Source: an uncultured Alphaproteobacteria bacterium (GTDB lineage Bacteria; Pseudomonadota; Alphaproteobacteria; Rhizobiales; Beijerinckiaceae). Taken from it: a DNA stretch of 64,000 bases. The translations under genes were made by a program, and so were the position numbers. The stretch is from NCBI GenBank assembly GCA_963805295.1, contig CAWDTW010000055.1:55383-119382 (forward strand). The letters are read 5' to 3'. The first letter of the stretch is position 1. Each line of letters opens with the position of its first letter. Shown one piece after another: positions 61,459 to 64,000 of the stretch. The notes under the pieces were generated by a model that saw only the letters and a program-made list of their open reading frames with translations, was not told where the DNA came from and made no database searches.

Positions 61459-62832
61459 ATGCAATTCTTGCGACCCGCGATGGCCGCGCTGCTCTTTGGC
61501 GTCTGCGCGCCGGCTCTCGTCGCGCCGAGTCTGGCGCAGACCTGCGTCTGCCCTCCCGCCGAAGGCTTCAGTTCGGGGCCCGTCATCGAGGCGGAAGAGC
61601 CGCCCCCGCCGCTGCTGGAGTACGACCAGCCGCCGATGCCGGCGCCCGGCTATCTTTGGACGCCCGGCTACTGGGCCTGGAACAATGACGATTACTACTG
61701 GGCACCGGGCGTCTGGGTCGAGCCGCCCCGTCCGGGGCTGTTGTGGACGCCCGCCTACTGGGCGTTCGTCGGCGGCGTCTACCTGTTCCATCGCGGCTAT
61801 TGGGCGCCCCACGTCGGCTTCTACGGCGGCGTCGATTACGGCTACGGCTACAACGGCGTCGGCTACGAGGGCGGCCGCTGGGAGAACGGGCGGTTCTTCT
61901 ACAATGCGACCGTCAACAACTTCGACGGCGTCCACGTCGGCAACGTCTACAGCCAGCCGGTCGCGGTTTCGCCCGGCGTCGGCCGGGCGAGCTACAACGG
62001 CGGCCCCGGCGGGAATCTGTTGAAGCCGACGCCCGAGCAGGAGCGCTTGTCCACGGAAGAGCGCATCAAGCCGACCCCGGCTCAGCTGAACCAGGTCCGC
62101 GCGGCCAGCGTGAACCCCGAGCAGTTCCATTCGGCCAACAGGGGCAAGCCGGCGATCGCCGCCACGCCGCGTCCCGGCGAGTTCAAGGGGCCGGGCGTGG
62201 TCCCGGCGAAGGCGGCGGGCGCGGCCCAGGCGGCGCCGACGCCGGGGCCGAACGCCCAGCCGGCGCCCGGCGCGCCGCCAAAAGCCCAGGAGAAGCTGCC
62301 GGCCGGCGAGAAGCCGCTCGGCGCCGGGCAGACGCTGCCGGCGGAAAAGCCGATCAAGCCGAAGCCGCTTACCGCGCCGAGGGTCGAGCAAAAGCTGCCG
62401 GCGGGCGAAAAGCCGCTCGGCGGCGCCGCGCCGGGGCAGCCGCCTGCGCCGGTTCCGCTGAATGGCGCTGCGAAGCCGCGCGAAAAGCTCCCGGCCGGAA
62501 CATCGCCGAACGTCGTCGGCAAGCCGCCCGGCGCGGAGAAGCCGATCCGGCCCGAGCTCGCCCCGATTGGCGCCCCGAAAGCCATGGAACGCCCGCAAGT
62601 TCAGCCGCAGAGCCTCCAGAGGCCCGTCGTGCCGGGCGGCATGCAGCGGCCGCCGGCACTCGAGCGGCCCGTCGCGCCGGCAGGCATGGCGCCCGGCGCG
62701 CCGCCTCGGCCGGAGCTCGCGCCGAACGGCATGCCGAAGGGTCCGCCCGGCGCCGCCGCGGGCAAACCGCCTCCGCCGGGCGGCAAGCCCCCGCTGTGCG
62801 GACAGCCCGGCCTGCCGCCCTGCCCGAAGTGA
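61459..62832 (+). CDS. Secreted YXWGXW-repeat protein with Pro-rich tail
   Basis: Signal peptide, GYLWTPGYWAW / LLWTPAYWA / GYWAPHVGFYGG repeats, repeated KLPAG(EKPLG), terminal CGQPGLPPCPK. Confidence 0.88.
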   Translation: MQFLRPAMAALLFGVCAPALVAPSLAQTCVCPPAEGFSSGPVIEAEEPPPPLLEYDQPPMPAPGYLWTPGYWAWNNDDYYWAPGVWVEPPRPGLLWTPAYWAFVGGVYLFHRGYWAPHVGFYGGVDYGYGYNGVGYEGGRWENGRFFYNATVNNFDGVHVGNVYSQPVAVSPGVGRASYNGGPGGNLLKPTPEQERLSTEERIKPTPAQLNQVRAASVNPEQFHSANRGKPAIAATPRPGEFKGPGVVPAKAAGAAQAAPTPGPNAQPAPGAPPKAQEKLPAGEKPLGAGQTLPAEKPIKPKPLTAPRVEQKLPAGEKPLGGAAPGQPPAPVPLNGAAKPREKLPAGTSPNVVGKPPGAEKPIRPELAPIGAPKAMERPQVQPQSLQRPVVPGGMQRPPALERPVAPAGMAPGAPPRPELAPNGMPKGPPGAAAGKPPPPGGKPPLCGQPGLPPCPK

Positions 62833-62924
62833 TCACCCGAGAAGGAGGGCTATGGCCCTCCTTCGACTGACGCCGGGCGCGTCCTCTTTGCCGAAGCCGG
62901 CCGAATCCGGCTAAGGACCTGCGC

Positions 62925-64000
62925 ATGTCGCGCATGGTCCGCAACATTTTCTCCGTCGGCGGCTGGACGATCGCCTCCCGCCTGACCGGATTCCTGCGCG
63001 ACATGGCGCTCGCGGCCCTGCTCGGCGGGGGCGCGCTCAACGACGCCTATGTGGCGGCGATCAAGCTGCCCAATCAGTTTCGCCAGATTTTCGGCGAGGG
63101 CTCGTTCAACGCGGCCTATCTGCCGACCTACACCAGCGTGCTCGAGCGAAAGGGTCCCGAGGAGGCCGGCCGTTTCGCGAGCCAGGTGTTCACGCTGCTC
63201 ATCCTGTCGCAGGTCGCGCTTCTCGGCGTCGTCTATATCGACATGCCGCTGCTCGTCGAACTGACCTCGCCCGGCTTCGTGAGCCAGCCGGAGAAGTTCG
63301 CCCATGCGGTCGAGATGTCGCGCATCATGTTCCCCTACATCGCCTTCATCGCCGTGTTCGCGCTGCATCAGGGCACGCTCAACGCCAACAATTCCTGGAG
63401 CGTGCCGGCGGCCGCGCCCGCTGCGGCCAATGTCTGCATGATCGCCTTCCTCGCCTTCGCCGCCTGGTTTCCAAAAATCTCGCCGGGCGTCGCCAGCATG
63501 GCGAGTTTTGGGTTTCTCGCCTCGGGCGCGACCCAGCTCGCGATCGCGATGGCGGACGCGCGCCGGCGCGGACTCCTCGAGCGGCTCATCTGGCCGCGCT
63601 GGACGCCGGAAGTCAGGCGGTTCTTCTGGATGCTGGGCCCGGCGATCGGCATTTCCGCGAGCTACCAGATCGGCGCGCTCGCCGACCAGATCGTCGGCTC
63701 GCTCCTGCCGACCGGCGGCCTTTCCGCGATCAGCTACGCCGACCGGCTCTATCAATTGCCCGGCGGCGTCATCGTCATCGCCACCAGTTCGGTCCTGCTC
63801 AAGGAAATGTCGATGCTCGTCGCGCGGGGCGACGCGGAGGCGGCGCTCAACGCCCAGAACCGCGCCGCGTCGCTAACGGTCGCGCTGGGCGCGCCCTTCG
63901 TCGTCGTCTTCCTCCTGATCCCCGACCTCATCATCGCCGCCGCCTTCGAGCACGGCGCGTTCAAGGCCAGCGCGACTCACCAAGCCGCCAGCGTGCTCGC
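62925..64000 (+). CDS. murJ: Lipid II flippase MurJ (runs off the window end)
   Basis: VGGWTIASRLTGFLRD..LPNQFRQIFGEGSFNAAYLP, SRIMFPY, YADRLYQLP. Confidence 0.95.
   Translation, partial: MSRMVRNIFSVGGWTIASRLTGFLRDMALAALLGGGALNDAYVAAIKLPNQFRQIFGEGSFNAAYLPTYTSVLERKGPEEAGRFASQVFTLLILSQVALLGVVYIDMPLLVELTSPGFVSQPEKFAHAVEMSRIMFPYIAFIAVFALHQGTLNANNSWSVPAAAPAAANVCMIAFLAFAAWFPKISPGVASMASFGFLASGATQLAIAMADARRRGLLERLIWPRWTPEVRRFFWMLGPAIGISASYQIGALADQIVGSLLPTGGLSAISYADRLYQLPGGVIVIATSSVLLKEMSMLVARGDAEAALNAQNRAASLTVALGAPFVVVFLLIPDLIIAAAFEHGAFKASATHQAASVL

Noticed and set aside
1-64000. tRNA, rRNA, integrase or prophage genes
   Set aside because: None recognised by eye; a tRNAscan/Infernal run would be needed to exclude small RNAs.

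Overview
High-GC alphaproteobacterial chromosome segment, inferred to be Hyphomicrobiales from gene order and repeat types. Core blocks: dusB-ntrB-ntrC-ntrY-ntrX-dat-hfq-hflX (minus strand), cysK-alaX-sseA, ppk2, an MsbA-like exporter, minCDE, rplS, priA, cydAB, a Ubi hydroxylase plus Cys/Met PLP enzyme, and murJ (cut by the window end). Two complete-looking IS elements lie between them. One is an IS630 with a programmed -1 frameshift, sitting between two tandem adenylate-cyclase/TPR paralogues. The other is a 2.3-kb IS1595-family element with 21-bp TIRs and an 8-bp target duplication that carries passenger ORFs, one with a HEPN-like RxxxxH motif; this is the best candidate for an undescribed mobile defence/toxin module. 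Two decayed accessory tracts (about 30.4-40.8 kb and 46.9-51.2 kb) hold IS6/IS110/IS21/ISAs1 remnants, pseudogenes (DUF429, acdS, aldehyde dehydrogenase), an hsp20-lon cassette, ferredoxin-Rrf2 with a repeated candidate operator, and otsA. Several REP/MITE-like repeats are present. Many genes carry single-base frameshifts that are probably sequencing or assembly indels. No rRNA, tRNA or CRISPR array was seen. All family calls rest on motif recognition by eye; no database search was run.
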